Shown: piece after piece, positions 10,639 to 26,160 of the stretch
How the letters are laid out: each line of letters begins with the position of its first letter
Position numbering within the stretch: the stretch's first letter is position 1
Assembly (NCBI GenBank): GCA_963727445.1
Contig: CAVSGI010000014.1
Location: 32,001-96,000, forward strand
DNA length: 64,000 nt
Source: an uncultured delta proteobacterium
Lineage (GTDB): Bacteria; Myxococcota_A; Polyangia; Polyangiales; B10-G4
Direction: 5' to 3'
Position numbers and translations under genes: made by a program
The notes under the pieces: model-generated
What the model was told of the DNA's origin: nothing
Databases searched by the model: none
The model's input: the letters and a program-made list of their open reading frames with translations, nothing else

Positions 10639-12145
10639 ATGCACTCGGTCCTCGCCACCATCATCGTCGGTTGGGGTGCGATCTACGCGTACGCCGCCTT
10701 CTACGGCCTCGCCCTGTTTCGGCAGCGCCCCGAGCGCCGGGAGTACCTCTCCTTCGGCCTGGTCGGGGTGGCTCTCGTGGTGCAATGCGTGGGGGGGGCG
10801 ATCCTCACCGACGCCCACGACCTTTCGACCGGCGATCTCGGCCATGCGCATCAAGACGCTGGGCACCGCGTGGACGCTCGCCTTCCTCCACCAGTTCTCG
10901 GTGCAGCTGGCCAACCTGCGCTGGGGCCGCCTGGTGAAGCTCGGCCATGCCTGGGCGATCCTCAACACCGTCCTCGCTCTGAGCGGCTTGTCGACCGTGA
11001 ACGGCGAGATGGCCCCTGCCCCGACGTGGGGCCTGGCGGCCGCGCCCGATTACGTCGAGCCCCGTCTCTCGATCGCGGGGAGCATCGGTGTCGGCCTGGG
11101 CTGTTTCCTCGTCGCGTCGACGCTGGCGGCGTTGTCGCGCGCCGGACAGCGGGACCCTCGGGCCAAGCTCGTACTCTACGCGTTCATCGCGAACACGCTC
11201 GCGGTCTTGAACGACATGTTGATCCAGGTCGCCTCGCTGAGGTCGTACTACCTGACCGAGCAGGCGGCGCTGCTCACCGTCGTGGCGGTCAGCGCGATCC
11301 TCCTCGATCGCTACACCCGCACCAGCAAGGAGCTGGACGTGCGGACGCTGCAGCTCTCGACCAGCGTGGGCGAGCTGCGCCACACCGAGGCGGAGCTGGT
11401 GAAGAAGGAACAGCTCGCCGCGGTAGGGCTGCTCTCCGGGCTCATCGCCAATCAGGTCGAAAAGCCCCTGGCACGCATCAAGGAGACGACCGCGGGCCTT
11501 CGGGACGAGAACATCGCCGAGGAACGTCAGCGGGAGCTCCTCCCCCGTCTGGAAGAGGAGATCGATCGGCTCAACCGACTCGTGGACGACCTGCTCGCAT
11601 ACGCCCGCCCGGTGAAGCTTCAGGCACGCCCCGTCGGCATACGCGAGCTGATCGGGGACTGCGTCTCGGCCAAGATCACCGGAAGCGACGCGGTGCTCTG
11701 TGAGGTGGACATCGACGACAGCCAGCCGGTGATCTACGGGGACGCGGATCTGCTGCGCACCGCCATCGGCCACGTCCTCGACAACGCGCTCGCGGCGATG
11801 GACCAGGGAGGAGAGCTCCGGATCGTCGGCCGCGCTGGCACCGAGGTCGACGAAGCGACGGTCCTGCTCACCATCACCGACACCGGCGAGGGCATGGACC
11901 AGGACACGCTGGATAGCGCGCGGGATCCCTTCTTCACGACCCGTCCGCGAGGCACCGGCATGGGGCTCGCCATCGTCGACCGCATCGTCAAGCTCCACGA
12001 CGGCGCCGTCACCCTCGAATCGGTCCGCGGAGGTGGGACCACGATTCGGCTCACCCTCCCGGTGGGGATCGAGGGCGCGAGCTCCTCGGGAGACGATCAC
12101 CAGAGGCGCCCGCGGGCCGAACGGGCCGAGGAGGGCGCGTCATGA
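10639..12145 (+). CDS. Membrane sensor histidine kinase-like protein lacking the H-box His (pseudokinase candidate); frameshift near 10841
   Basis: Multi-TM N-terminus (start of ORF 10639 joined to ORF 10676). DHp reads KKEQLAAVGLLSGLIANQVEKPL. HATPase N/G1/F/G2 boxes are intact. Confidence 0.8.
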
Positions 12146-13569
12146 TCTCCGACATCGGCGCGATGACCATGGCGTGGGCCGCGGTCGAGCTGGCCATCGG
12201 CCTGCACGGCCTCTCGATCCACATGCGGCGCCCGACCGACCTCGAGTACCTCGCGTTCGCGATGCTCTGCTTCGGGATGTCGGTCTACACCTTCGGAGCT
12301 GCCTCACTCACCGACGCCAGCTCCTACGCCGACGGGACCACGGCCATGCGCATCGCCTACGTCGGAGCACCCGTCGCCCTGGGATCGTTCTGCGCATTCG
12401 CGGCGCTCCTCGATCCCGCCCACGGCTTTCGGGTCGCGAAGCTCGCCGTGTTCTGGTCGGCGCTCGGACTCTTCGCGAACCTGGCGGGCCTCTTCTTCGA
12501 TCCGGAGAAGCGCGCCACCCGCTCGCCCTACCTCGAGCCCCAGATGAGCGCCGTGGCCATCTTCTGGGTGGTCGGCACCTGCCTGCTCATCGGCTTCACC
12601 ATCGTCCGCGTGGCGGGCCGCGCCCGCGAGGACCGCGACCTCATGATCCTCAGTGCCGGCTCGTTCCTGCTGGTGGCAGCCGCGGTGCACGACCAGATGG
12701 TGCACCTGTTCGGATTTCCGGGTCGCGTCTACATCCTCGAGCACGCAGGCGTGGTCGTGAGCTTCTTGCTCTCGTACATGCTTCTGAGGCGTCTGGCGCG
12801 CACCGAGAGCGAGCTCGAGGAGCGAACCGCCGAGGTGGCACAGAGCTATCGCGAGCTGAGCCGCGCCCAGGGAGACCTGATCAAGAAGGAACAGCTCGCG
12901 GCGGTGGGTGGGCTCTCGGCGGTGATCGCGCACGAGATCCGCAACCCCCTCGCCATCCTCCGCAACGCCGCCTCCGGCCTCAAGCGCCCGGCCCTCGGTG
13001 CAGAGGATCGCGAGACGCTGCTCCAGATCCTCGACGAGGAGTCCGATCGGCTGGGGCGCCTCTCCTACGACCTCGCCACCTACGCCCGACCCCTCGATCC
13101 GAGCTCCGAGCCGGTGCACCTCCGCGCGCTGCTCGAGGACTGTGTGGAGCACGCGCGGCGGCTGGAAGCGGCGGAGGGGATCGACATCGAGCTGCTTCTG
13201 GGCGAGGGGCCGGACCTGGTGGCTGGAGACCCGGCTCTGTTGCAACACGCCATCCGCAACATCGCCGAAAACGCGCTTCAAGCCATGCGCGGCGGCGGCC
13301 GCCTCACCATCCGCACGATGCGAGCCACGCTCGAAGGCCGAGACGCGATCCGGCTCGAGATGGAGGACACCGGAGAGGGCATGGACGTGTTGGTGCAGGG
13401 CAAGGCGCTCGATCCCTTCTTCACGACGCGCGCATCGGGGACCGGGCTGGGCCTCGCGATCGTCGACCGCGTGATGAAGGCGCACGGCGGGGCGCTCGAG
13501 ATACGAAGCCGCTACGGCCAGGGCACGACGGTGGCGATCACGTTGCCGACGACCGAGGTGGGCCCATGA
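12142..13569 (+). CDS. Membrane sensor histidine kinase (NtrB-like transmitter)
   Basis: Multi-TM N-terminus; AHEIRNPL H-box; NIAENA, DTGEGM, PFFTT, GTGLGL. Confidence 0.93.
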   Translation: MISDIGAMTMAWAAVELAIGLHGLSIHMRRPTDLEYLAFAMLCFGMSVYTFGAASLTDASSYADGTTAMRIAYVGAPVALGSFCAFAALLDPAHGFRVAKLAVFWSALGLFANLAGLFFDPEKRATRSPYLEPQMSAVAIFWVVGTCLLIGFTIVRVAGRAREDRDLMILSAGSFLLVAAAVHDQMVHLFGFPGRVYILEHAGVVVSFLLSYMLLRRLARTESELEERTAEVAQSYRELSRAQGDLIKKEQLAAVGGLSAVIAHEIRNPLAILRNAASGLKRPALGAEDRETLLQILDEESDRLGRLSYDLATYARPLDPSSEPVHLRALLEDCVEHARRLEAAEGIDIELLLGEGPDLVAGDPALLQHAIRNIAENALQAMRGGGRLTIRTMRATLEGRDAIRLEMEDTGEGMDVLVQGKALDPFFTTRASGTGLGLAIVDRVMKAHGGALEIRSRYGQGTTVAITLPTTEVGP

Positions 13570-15462
13570 AGATCGGGCTCGACCACGCCATCTCGCCGTC
13601 TTCCTGCTGCGACCTTCGCGTAGATCCAGGGGCGGCGGCGGTCGCTTCGAGCTCGACCTCGAGTCGCCCTGTCCGCTCACCGTCGGCGACCGGCCCGTCG
13701 GGTCCCGGAGCGTCGAACGTGCGATCGGCGGTGCCGTGCGCGCGTGCGCCCGCACTGCGGTCGGGCCGATGGCCTCGAAGTCGCTCCCCATCGGATGCTC
13801 CGCCGCGCGCGAGATCGAGGAGGATCTTGGCACGCCGCTGGTCGCGTAGCAGCGGCGCTCGCGGATGGCCTCGAGGATCGCCTCTCGGGCTCGTCTCGCG
13901 TCGCCTGCACGGCGGTCAGACCCGCAGCGGAAGGGATCGCGCTTGCGCGCCACGCCGTGGTGGTAGAGCAGCCCGTGTCCGTCCGAGCAAGCGATGAAGC
14001 CGAAGCGCTTCCCGCGCCGCGAGCACCGCTTCGACCATCTGGTCGCGCAGGTCGCCGCGCGCGCCGAGCGGATGGTCGGCGTAGCACGTAGCACCGTGGC
14101 AGGAGCAGATCTCCCAGACCGGCTGCCCGACCGGGTCGTGCGCCTCCTCGTCGGCGCCGGTCCAGCCGACGTGGTGCGGCACCGCGAAGCCGCCCAGCGC
14201 CTCCGCCGCGCCGCGACCAGATCCACGCCCTCCGGCACGTCGTCGCGGCTCACGATGCACGGACCGCCCGAGGGCGGCAGGTAGACGACCTTGTGCCCGG
14301 GCCCCGGATACATGCGGCCGGTCCACTCGTAGGCGATCAGGGTCGCGAAGCGCCCCCCGCGTCGTCGTGGCGATCGGCCACCGCTGTCGAGATCGCCCAC
14401 TCGCCGGGGCCGATGCGCTTGCCGATGAACGACTCGTGATCGGTGAGCGCGCAGAAGTCGTCGCCGTACGGCGTAGCGCGCGCGCAGATAGGGCTCGTCC
14501 GCGCGTGCCGCATGCCGTCGGAGTGCGCCGAGTGCTGGTGGATGTCGCCGAAGAGGGTACGCCGGCCGTCCCTCGCCGCCGGGTCCGGGCGCGCGGTCGT
14601 GCGGGCGACGTCGCGGTGCGGACGGTCGTTGAGCCGAACGCGGGCCGGCGCGAGCGCGGGGCGCCCGCCGCTCGGCGGGTCGAGAGCTCGAGGCGCGATG
14701 CCTTGCGTTCTCGCGTCGCGCGGTGAAGAGGCGCCCGTCGGACGACCGCGCGCGACCGCGACCCAGCGGCCGCGACAGCCCCAGCCAGCCCGTCGCCGAG
14801 CGGCGCGCGCTCGCGCCACCCGCCGACGCTCAGCGTCCTGCCGATAGAACGGTGTGCGAGCCGCGGCCGAAGAGCGCCATCGCGCCGTCATCTCCGACAG
14901 CTAGCGTCGGAAACTCGAAGGACTGCTCCTCGCCCTCCCGGTCGCGATCCCGGTCGCGCATCTCCGCCGCGGCGCGAAGACCCGCCCCGCCTCGTCGACG
15001 AAGCGAAGCGCGATCCACTTGGCGAGGTCCGGCTCGCCCATCGTCCTCGCGGACGTTGTGGTGGAAGGCGACCCACGCGCCGCCGGTCGCGGCGGCCACA
15101 GCGGGCGCCGCGGCGGTGCCCCACGCGTCCCACACGAGCACCTCGTCGCCGGCGGGTGTCGTCAGGACCACGCGCGAACGATAGCCGGTGCGGCGCACGT
15201 CGACCCTGAAGCCGTTCGCCTCGTCTCGATCTTCGACCGAGGCGTCGTCGGTGGGCGCCGGCTCGGCGCCCGGCGTCAACGCGGGGACGGCTGGGGCGAA
15301 GTCGGTGGCGGTGGGCTCACCGACCTCGAGGGACGCGGAGAGCGCGAAGGTGAGCACGCGCTCGCCCTGACGCTCCCAGGCGATCACTGAAAGCCGCGCA
15401 CCGTCCCCCGAGGCGACGAGCCGCGGGCTGCGTAGATATCGGTCGGTGCTCTGGGTGATCAC
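13538..15462 (-). CDS. PHP-like metallohydrolase (CehA/McbA / DUF3604-like); many apparent indels
   Basis: FGDIHQHSAHSDG, DFCALTDHESF, LIAYEWT, PHHVGW, GFIACSDGHG, RRCYATSG and MAWSSPIF occur in order across frames. Boundaries are approximate. Confidence 0.7.
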
Positions 15463-15465
15463 GCG

Positions 15466-17725
15466 TCAGTTCACGTAGCCCAGCGCGCGAAGCTGGTCGC
15501 GGATGGTGTCGTCCATCTCCGCGCTCTGGCTCTGGAGCTGGACGCCCTGGCCCTGCACGGCGTCCTGCCAGTGGCTGCGGTCGGTCGCGCCGAGGAACTG
15601 CCCCAGCATGATGCGCATGAAGCGGGCGGCGACCGGATGCTCGTGGCGGTCGAGCTCGTGCTCCTCGCCCGGATCGTCTCGGAGGTCGAAGTAGGTCGCG
15701 TTGATGCCGCGCAAGACCATCTTCCAGCGGCCCGCGCGGATCACGCGGCGGTCGTTCTGGAAGTCGCTGAAAGCGACCTGCGGTCCGGGCGGGAGCTCGC
15801 CGCGGGTGAAGCCCAAGAGGTCGCGCCCCTCGGTCTGCGGCATCGGTCGTCGACGCCCACCGTCGAGGTGACCGTCGCCGGGATGTCGAGGGTGCCGACC
15901 GTCTCGGTGACCGCGCCGCTCGGGCATCCCGGGGCACGTGCACCATGAGCGGCACGTCGAGCAGCTCCTGGTAGATGGAGTGGCCGTGGCCCCAGGAGCC
16001 GTGCTCGTCGAACTCCTCGCCGTGATCGGAGGTGACGACGAAGAGCGTGTCGTCGCCATACCCCGAGCTCCTTCAGGCGCTCGATGAACGGCCCAGGTCG
16101 TGGTCGTGCTGGGAGATCTCGCCGTCGTGGAGCGCCGCGAGGCGCTGGCGGTCGCTCTGCGTCGAAGGTGATCGCGCTGCGCTTGGCCTCCTCGAGCAGC
16201 TCCGGCGTGCTGCCGAGGCGTCACCTGCCCCGCGTAGTCCTCGCGCGAGTCGTACATCTGCCGGTACTCGGTCGGGCGGGTCGTAGGGCACGTGGGGGTC
16301 GATGGTCTGCACGTAGGCGAAGAAGCGCTCGTCCTTGTGCGCTTCGATCCAGTCGCCCGCTTCCTGAAAGACGTTCTCGGCGTCGGTGCTCTTGTTCTCG
16401 CGGATGAAGTTCGTGTAGTGGTCCCAGCCCTGGTCGAAGCCGAAGCGGTCGGAGACGTAGCCGTTGGCGATGAAGCTTCCGGTCGCGAAGCCGTTGTCGT
16501 GCAGGTGCTCGCTCAGGAGCAGGGCCTCGTCGGAGAGGCGGGACTCGCTCTCCTTGGCGCCGTGGCTGGTCGGAAAGAGCCCGGTGAGGACCGAGGCCAC
16601 CGAGGGCTTGGTCCAGTTCTCCGCCGACTGCGCGCCGAGGAAGAGGCTCGACTCGCCGGCCAGCGCTTCGAGGCGCGGCGTCTGCACGCGCGAGCGGGGA
16701 TTGAAGGGCTTGAGCTTCTCCGCGCGGAGGGTGTCGACGAGGAGCACCACCACGTTGCGCGCGGGCTCCCGCTCGGTCTCTTCGATCTTCGGCAAGAGGA
16801 TGCGCGGGAGGCTGAAGCCGACCCGACCGTCGCCCTCCCCTTCCGCGACGAAGTCGATGCGGGCGACCTTGCCCGCGAAGGCGGCGAGGTCGACGACCTG
16901 GTCCTGCCACTCACCATTCGCCTGGCCGGCGTAGAGCTGGGTGCGCGAGCCGCCCTCCGCCGTGGCGAAGACCTTCACGTTGGCGGCCGCACCCTCGGCG
17001 CCGGTGCCGAAGCCGAGGCGCGCGCCGGCCGGGATCTGCTCGTAGAAGCTGACGGTGGTGGGGCGGCGGAGGGCGATGGCGCGACGGCTCTCCTCGCCCA
17101 TCATCATCTCCTGGACGAGCTGGCCGTAGCGCGGCGCTTCGAACTCGCCGCCGGGGATGGAAGCGCCTTCCACCACGCGGATCGACTCGATGGCCGCCGC
17201 GACCGGCTGGCCGTCGATCATCTCGGTGCCGCCGAAGCGCATGAGCAGGTAGTTCTCACCCACCTCGACGTGCTCGGCCGCGATGGTGATGTCGTAGTCG
17301 CGGAACTGGTCGCCCTCCTCCAGACGGATCAGCTCCTGCTGATTGCCGTTGAGGAAGAGGCTGAGGTTGCGGCTGCCGACCGGCTTGGCGCGGAAGCGGA
17401 GGGTCACGGGCCCGGCCTGGTCGACCTGGAAGAAGACGCGCCCGGTGTCGCCGACGTAGCTGAAGGTGACGTCGCCGGAGGACTCGTCGCTCACCCACCC
17501 GGTGCGCCACTGCCCGACCGTGTACTTCATGCGGGCCGGGGTGCCGAAGTCGATGAAGGTGCCGTGGTGGTCGATGTCGGCGAGGTGCGCGCGCTCGAGC
17601 AGGTCGATGTGCGTCCGCATCTCCTCGAACGCCTCCGGCCCCTCGGCCGCCTCCTCGTCGTCGTCACACGCGAAGCCCGCCATCGCCAAAAGCGCGAGCC
17701 CCAGAGTCCAAAAGCGCCTGCTCAT
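15466..17725 (-). CDS. Sulfatase-like (alkaline phosphatase superfamily) lipoprotein; frameshifts at ~15850-16270
   Basis: Lipobox MAGFA-C, NVVVLLVDTLRA, NWTKPSVASVLTG, DPHVPY, TSDHGEEF..HG.WGHG, C-terminal QLRALGY. ATG at 17725 after GAGGAG. Confidence 0.85.
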
Positions 17726-18089
17726 CGATTCGCCCTCCTCCATGGACAGTGCGCACCTGTCCAGGTGATTGGTCGGGCTGTAGCACGCAGGATCGCGGGG
17801 GGGCAAATAAGCGGCGCGGTCGCCTCGGGGGGGGGCGCGGTCCGTCTGGGGCGCGCGGTTCGTCTGCACGGACCGGGGATGCGAAACACATCGGACTTTC
17901 GCAGGATCACTCCGCGCCGTGCGTTTGTGACGAAGAGCACCTCCTCGCCCGAGTAGATACGCGTCGAATGGCGTCTCCTCCCGCTCCGGCGCCTCGCGGT
18001 AGGTGGTCACCGGCAGAGGATACCGGAGACGGACGGCGGCGCAGACGTTGGCCTCGACCTGCCCGTGACGACTTCGGACGTGCTGAGCG

Positions 18090-22648
<4,559 letters not shown>

Positions 22649-22651
22649 CGG

Positions 22652-23689
22652 TCACCCCTCGCGCGCGAGTCGCTTCGCGGCCCACGCCGCCGCCTCGCGC
22701 ACCACGTCGGAGGGATCGGCCGTCGCCTTGTCGCGGATCACGGGCAGGTGACGCCGGTCGCCGCTGTTGCCGAGCGCGACGAGGACGTTGCGCGCCATCC
22801 GCTCTCGCCCCGCGCGCCGCAGCGGGCTCCCTTCGGACCACGCGAGGTAGCTGGCCTCGTCCATCGCGAGCAACGCCTCCGCATCCACCTCGAAGCGCGC
22901 ATGGGGCGCGAAGGCCTGGGTCGCCTCCACCGGCTCGGGCGCGGTTCGGTTGAAGGGGCAGACGTCCTGGCATACGTCGCAGCCGAAAGCCCAGTCGCCG
23001 AGACCGGGACGCAGCGCCTCGTCGATCGCGCCTTCGTGCTCGATCGTCAAGTACGAGATGCAGCGGCGCGCGTCGAGCTCGCGCGGACCGACGAAGGCCT
23101 CGGTCGGGCACGCATCGAGGCAGAGCCGGCACGCGCCGCAGCGCTCCGCCATCGGCGCATCGGGGGCGAGCTCCGCGCTGGTGACGAGCGCAGCGAGAAA
23201 GACGTGCGAGCCCAGCCCCGGCACGATCAGGCAGCTGTTCTTGCCGACGAAGCCGACGCCCGCGCGCTGGGCCCAGGCGCGCTCGAAGACCGGCATCGAG
23301 TCGACGGAAGCGCGCACCTCGGCGCCTTGCTCGCGAAGCCATCGCGCGAGCTTGCGCAGGCGCTTGTGCAGCACGTTGTGATAGTCCCGACCGCGCGCGT
23401 ACTTCGCGACGCGGAGCGGCGCCGGGCCGGTATCGCCTCCGGGGCGCGCGTAGGGCGCGACCAGCACGACGATGCTCCGCGCCGAGGGCAGCATGCCTTC
23501 ATTGCGTGGATCGATGCGCACCTCGGCGGTGCGATCCATCCAGGCCATCTGACCCTGCCTGCCCGCGGCGAGCCACGCGCGCAGCCTCTCCCCTTCCGGC
23601 GACAGGCGCTCCGCTTTCGCCACGCCCACGCGCGCGAAGCCCAACGCCGCTGCGCGCTCCACGAGCTCGGCCTTCGAAGGCTCGCTCAC
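22652..23689 (-). CDS. queG: tRNA epoxyqueuosine(34) reductase
   Basis: YARGRDYH, VDSMPVFER, GFVGKN, CGACRLCLDACPT, RCISYLTIE, FGCDVCQDVCPFN. Start approximate (GTG 23689 or ATG 23713). Confidence 0.95.
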   Translation of the reverse strand: MSEPSKAELVERAAALGFARVGVAKAERLSPEGERLRAWLAAGRQGQMAWMDRTAEVRIDPRNEGMLPSARSIVVLVAPYARPGGDTGPAPLRVAKYARGRDYHNVLHKRLRKLARWLREQGAEVRASVDSMPVFERAWAQRAGVGFVGKNSCLIVPGLGSHVFLAALVTSAELAPDAPMAERCGACRLCLDACPTEAFVGPRELDARRCISYLTIEHEGAIDEALRPGLGDWAFGCDVCQDVCPFNRTAPEPVEATQAFAPHARFEVDAEALLAMDEASYLAWSEGSPLRRAGRERMARNVLVALGNSGDRRHLPVIRDKATADPSDVVREAAAWAAKRLAREG

Positions 23690-23718
23690 CTGGAGAGCAT
23701 ACCGTGGCATCATGGGCC

Positions 23719-24711
23719 ATGCGCTTCACGCCTTGTCTTTTCGCCATCGCCTCGGCGCTGGTCGCCCTCCCCGCGTCGGCGCAGCAGACCATCGCCTACG
23801 ACACGCTCTCCGCAGACTCGCCGGTGGCGGTGACCTGCGGCTTCTGCTCGGGCGAGCGCTTCGGCGTGATCTTCCGCGATCTGCCCGCCCCCGCCGTGGG
23901 GCTGAACGCCGACGACTTTCCGATCCAGCTCCAGGCCATGCAGATCGCGCTCGCCAGCGCAGACGCCATCGGCAGCGCCGCCTCCTACACCTGCAGTGGC
24001 TCCACCGTCGCCGGGATGGCCTCGGTGGGGATCGCCATCTACGCGGGCGAGACCGTCCCCTCCGACATCACCGCCATGCCCGCTGACGACGTCTGGCCGA
24101 GCGAGAGTCTGGTCTACTCGAACCCCGACGTGCCGGTGGAGCGCAGCGTCGCGGACGAGACCGGCTCGGCGAGCTACACGGTGAACTTCAATCGCCTGGT
24201 GCTCGAAGACGACCTCGGCGCCCCCTTTCGCGTCGAGGCGCCGAACACCTACGTGCGGGTGGTCGTCACCCTCAATGGGGGCACCGATTTGTCCAGCGCC
24301 TCCTGCGACGCGTTGATGCTCGAGCCGCCGAGCGCTTTCGCGGTGCGAGACAACGACGGCGTCATCGCCAACGAGCGCGACTTCATCTACGCCGACGGCG
24401 CCGGCTGGATCTGGAACGAGGACGTCCCGGGCGGGGGGATCAGCGGAGACTGGGCGCTGCGCCTCGAGGTCGTCGCCGAAGGGATGCCGATGGCAGACGG
24501 GGGCACGACGATGCCCGACGCGGGACCGGCGGATAGCGGGAGCGGCGCCCCCGACAGCGGAGGCGGCGGGGACGGGAGCGCGGACACGGGCACGACCGGC
24601 GACGATGGTGGGTGCAGCGCGGTCGGTGTGGTCCGTCCTGCGTCGCCGTGGGGGCTCGTCGCCCTTCTCTTCTTCTTCGGCCTCGCAATCCGTCGCGCCC
24701 GTCGGCTTTGA
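23719..24711 (+). CDS. Secreted protein with MYXO-CTERM-like sorting tail (paralog 1)
   Basis: Signal peptide, TCGFCSGERFGVIFR, C-terminal DGGCSAV + TM + RRARRL. Confidence 0.75.
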   Translation: MRFTPCLFAIASALVALPASAQQTIAYDTLSADSPVAVTCGFCSGERFGVIFRDLPAPAVGLNADDFPIQLQAMQIALASADAIGSAASYTCSGSTVAGMASVGIAIYAGETVPSDITAMPADDVWPSESLVYSNPDVPVERSVADETGSASYTVNFNRLVLEDDLGAPFRVEAPNTYVRVVVTLNGGTDLSSASCDALMLEPPSAFAVRDNDGVIANERDFIYADGAGWIWNEDVPGGGISGDWALRLEVVAEGMPMADGGTTMPDAGPADSGSGAPDSGGGGDGSADTGTTGDDGGCSAVGVVRPASPWGLVALLFFFGLAIRRARRL

Positions 24712-24759
24712 CCCCGGACCAGCCGCTCACTTACCTTGAATGAACCCACAGGAGTCCTG

Positions 24760-25974
24760 ATGCGCCCCACCTTCGTTTCTGCTTGCGTGACTCTCCTCGC
24801 CCTGGGCGCCCTCGCCTCCCCCGCCGCCGCACAACGCACCGTCGCCTACGACACGGTGAGCGAGATGACGCCCGCTGCCGTCTCGTGTGGCTTCTGTGCA
24901 GGCGAGAAGTTCGGGGTGATCTTCCGCGAGCTCGGGCCGAGCGTCGGCCTTCAGACCGACGAATTTCCGCTCACCATCAACGCCTTCAAGATCGCGGTGG
25001 CGAGCGCGAGCGTGACCTTGGACACCACCACCTTTTCGTTTCAGTGCGTCGGCTCCGGAGCCGGTGGAACCGTGGGTGTGACGATCGAGGCCTACGCGGG
25101 GCCCACGGCCCCGACGGGATCGATCCTGTCGAACCCCATGGATGGACCGTGGCCGGGCGAGACCATGGTCTTCGCCCAGAGCGCGGATCTCGAACGGAGC
25201 GTCGAGACCACCCCGGGCAGCAACATGTACAACGTGATGATCAACACCGTCATGGTGGACGGCGGTGCGATGGTGGATGCGTCGAACACCTACGTGCGTG
25301 TCGTCGCGACCATCCCGAGCGGCGGGTCGAGCGAATCCTGTACCGCGTTGATGCTGGGACCTCCCGGTGCGGTCGGCATCCGGGACGACGACGGCCGCAT
25401 CGACAACGAGGTCGGTTTCGTCTACGCGATCAACGAATACCCCTCCCTCGGTGGCATCCCGGCGGGCTGGCACTGGAACGAGGACATGATGATCGAGAAC
25501 CCGACCGGTGGCCCCCCCGGCATCGGCGGCGACTGGCTCATCCGCATGGACATCTCGCCCGCTTCCGGCCCCCGGCCGGACGCAGGGACGATGACCCCCG
25601 ACGGCGGCACCGCGGACACCGGCACGCCGCCGATGGGCGACAGCGGCATGGCCGCCATGTGCAGCGCCGACAGCGAGTGCGCGGGCGGCGAGGTCTGCGA
25701 GTCGGGGATGTGCACGCGGGTCTCCTGCACCACCGCCACCGACTGCGGCGGCGGCATGACCTGCGTCGGGGGTCGCTGCCGCAACCTCTGCGGCGCCGAC
25801 GCCGAGTGCGCGGGCGGTGAGGTCTGCGACACCGCCGCCGGCTACTGCGTCCCCGTGGGCAGCGGCGGCGATGGCGGCTGCGGCTGCCATGTTCAGAAGC
25901 CCGGATCGCTCCCGCCCCTCTTCTTCCTCTCCCTCGCCGTCCTCGGCCTGGCGCTACGACGCCGCCGGACCTGA
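24760..25974 (+). CDS. Secreted protein with Cys-rich repeats and MYXO-CTERM-like tail (paralog 2)
   Basis: AGGAG RBS, signal peptide, SCGFCAGEKFGVIFR, three CxxxxxC repeats, GGCGCHV + TM + RRRRT. Confidence 0.8.
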   Translation: MRPTFVSACVTLLALGALASPAAAQRTVAYDTVSEMTPAAVSCGFCAGEKFGVIFRELGPSVGLQTDEFPLTINAFKIAVASASVTLDTTTFSFQCVGSGAGGTVGVTIEAYAGPTAPTGSILSNPMDGPWPGETMVFAQSADLERSVETTPGSNMYNVMINTVMVDGGAMVDASNTYVRVVATIPSGGSSESCTALMLGPPGAVGIRDDDGRIDNEVGFVYAINEYPSLGGIPAGWHWNEDMMIENPTGGPPGIGGDWLIRMDISPASGPRPDAGTMTPDGGTADTGTPPMGDSGMAAMCSADSECAGGEVCESGMCTRVSCTTATDCGGGMTCVGGRCRNLCGADAECAGGEVCDTAAGYCVPVGSGGDGGCGCHVQKPGSLPPLFFLSLAVLGLALRRRRT

Positions 25975-26160
25975 TCCCGCAGCGAGAACGACCGCGAGGC
26001 CACCCGAGCTGGCGTCGAGCGAGGCGAGGCGAGGCGAGGCGCCGAGGGGCTCACCATTGGCCGCAACTTCCGCGGCGGGGGACGGAACCGGACGGCCCAT
26101 TCGGCCCGGGCGAGGCCTCGCCTCCCCCGTCCCGTCCGTCCGGACGGACCATTCGGCCGA

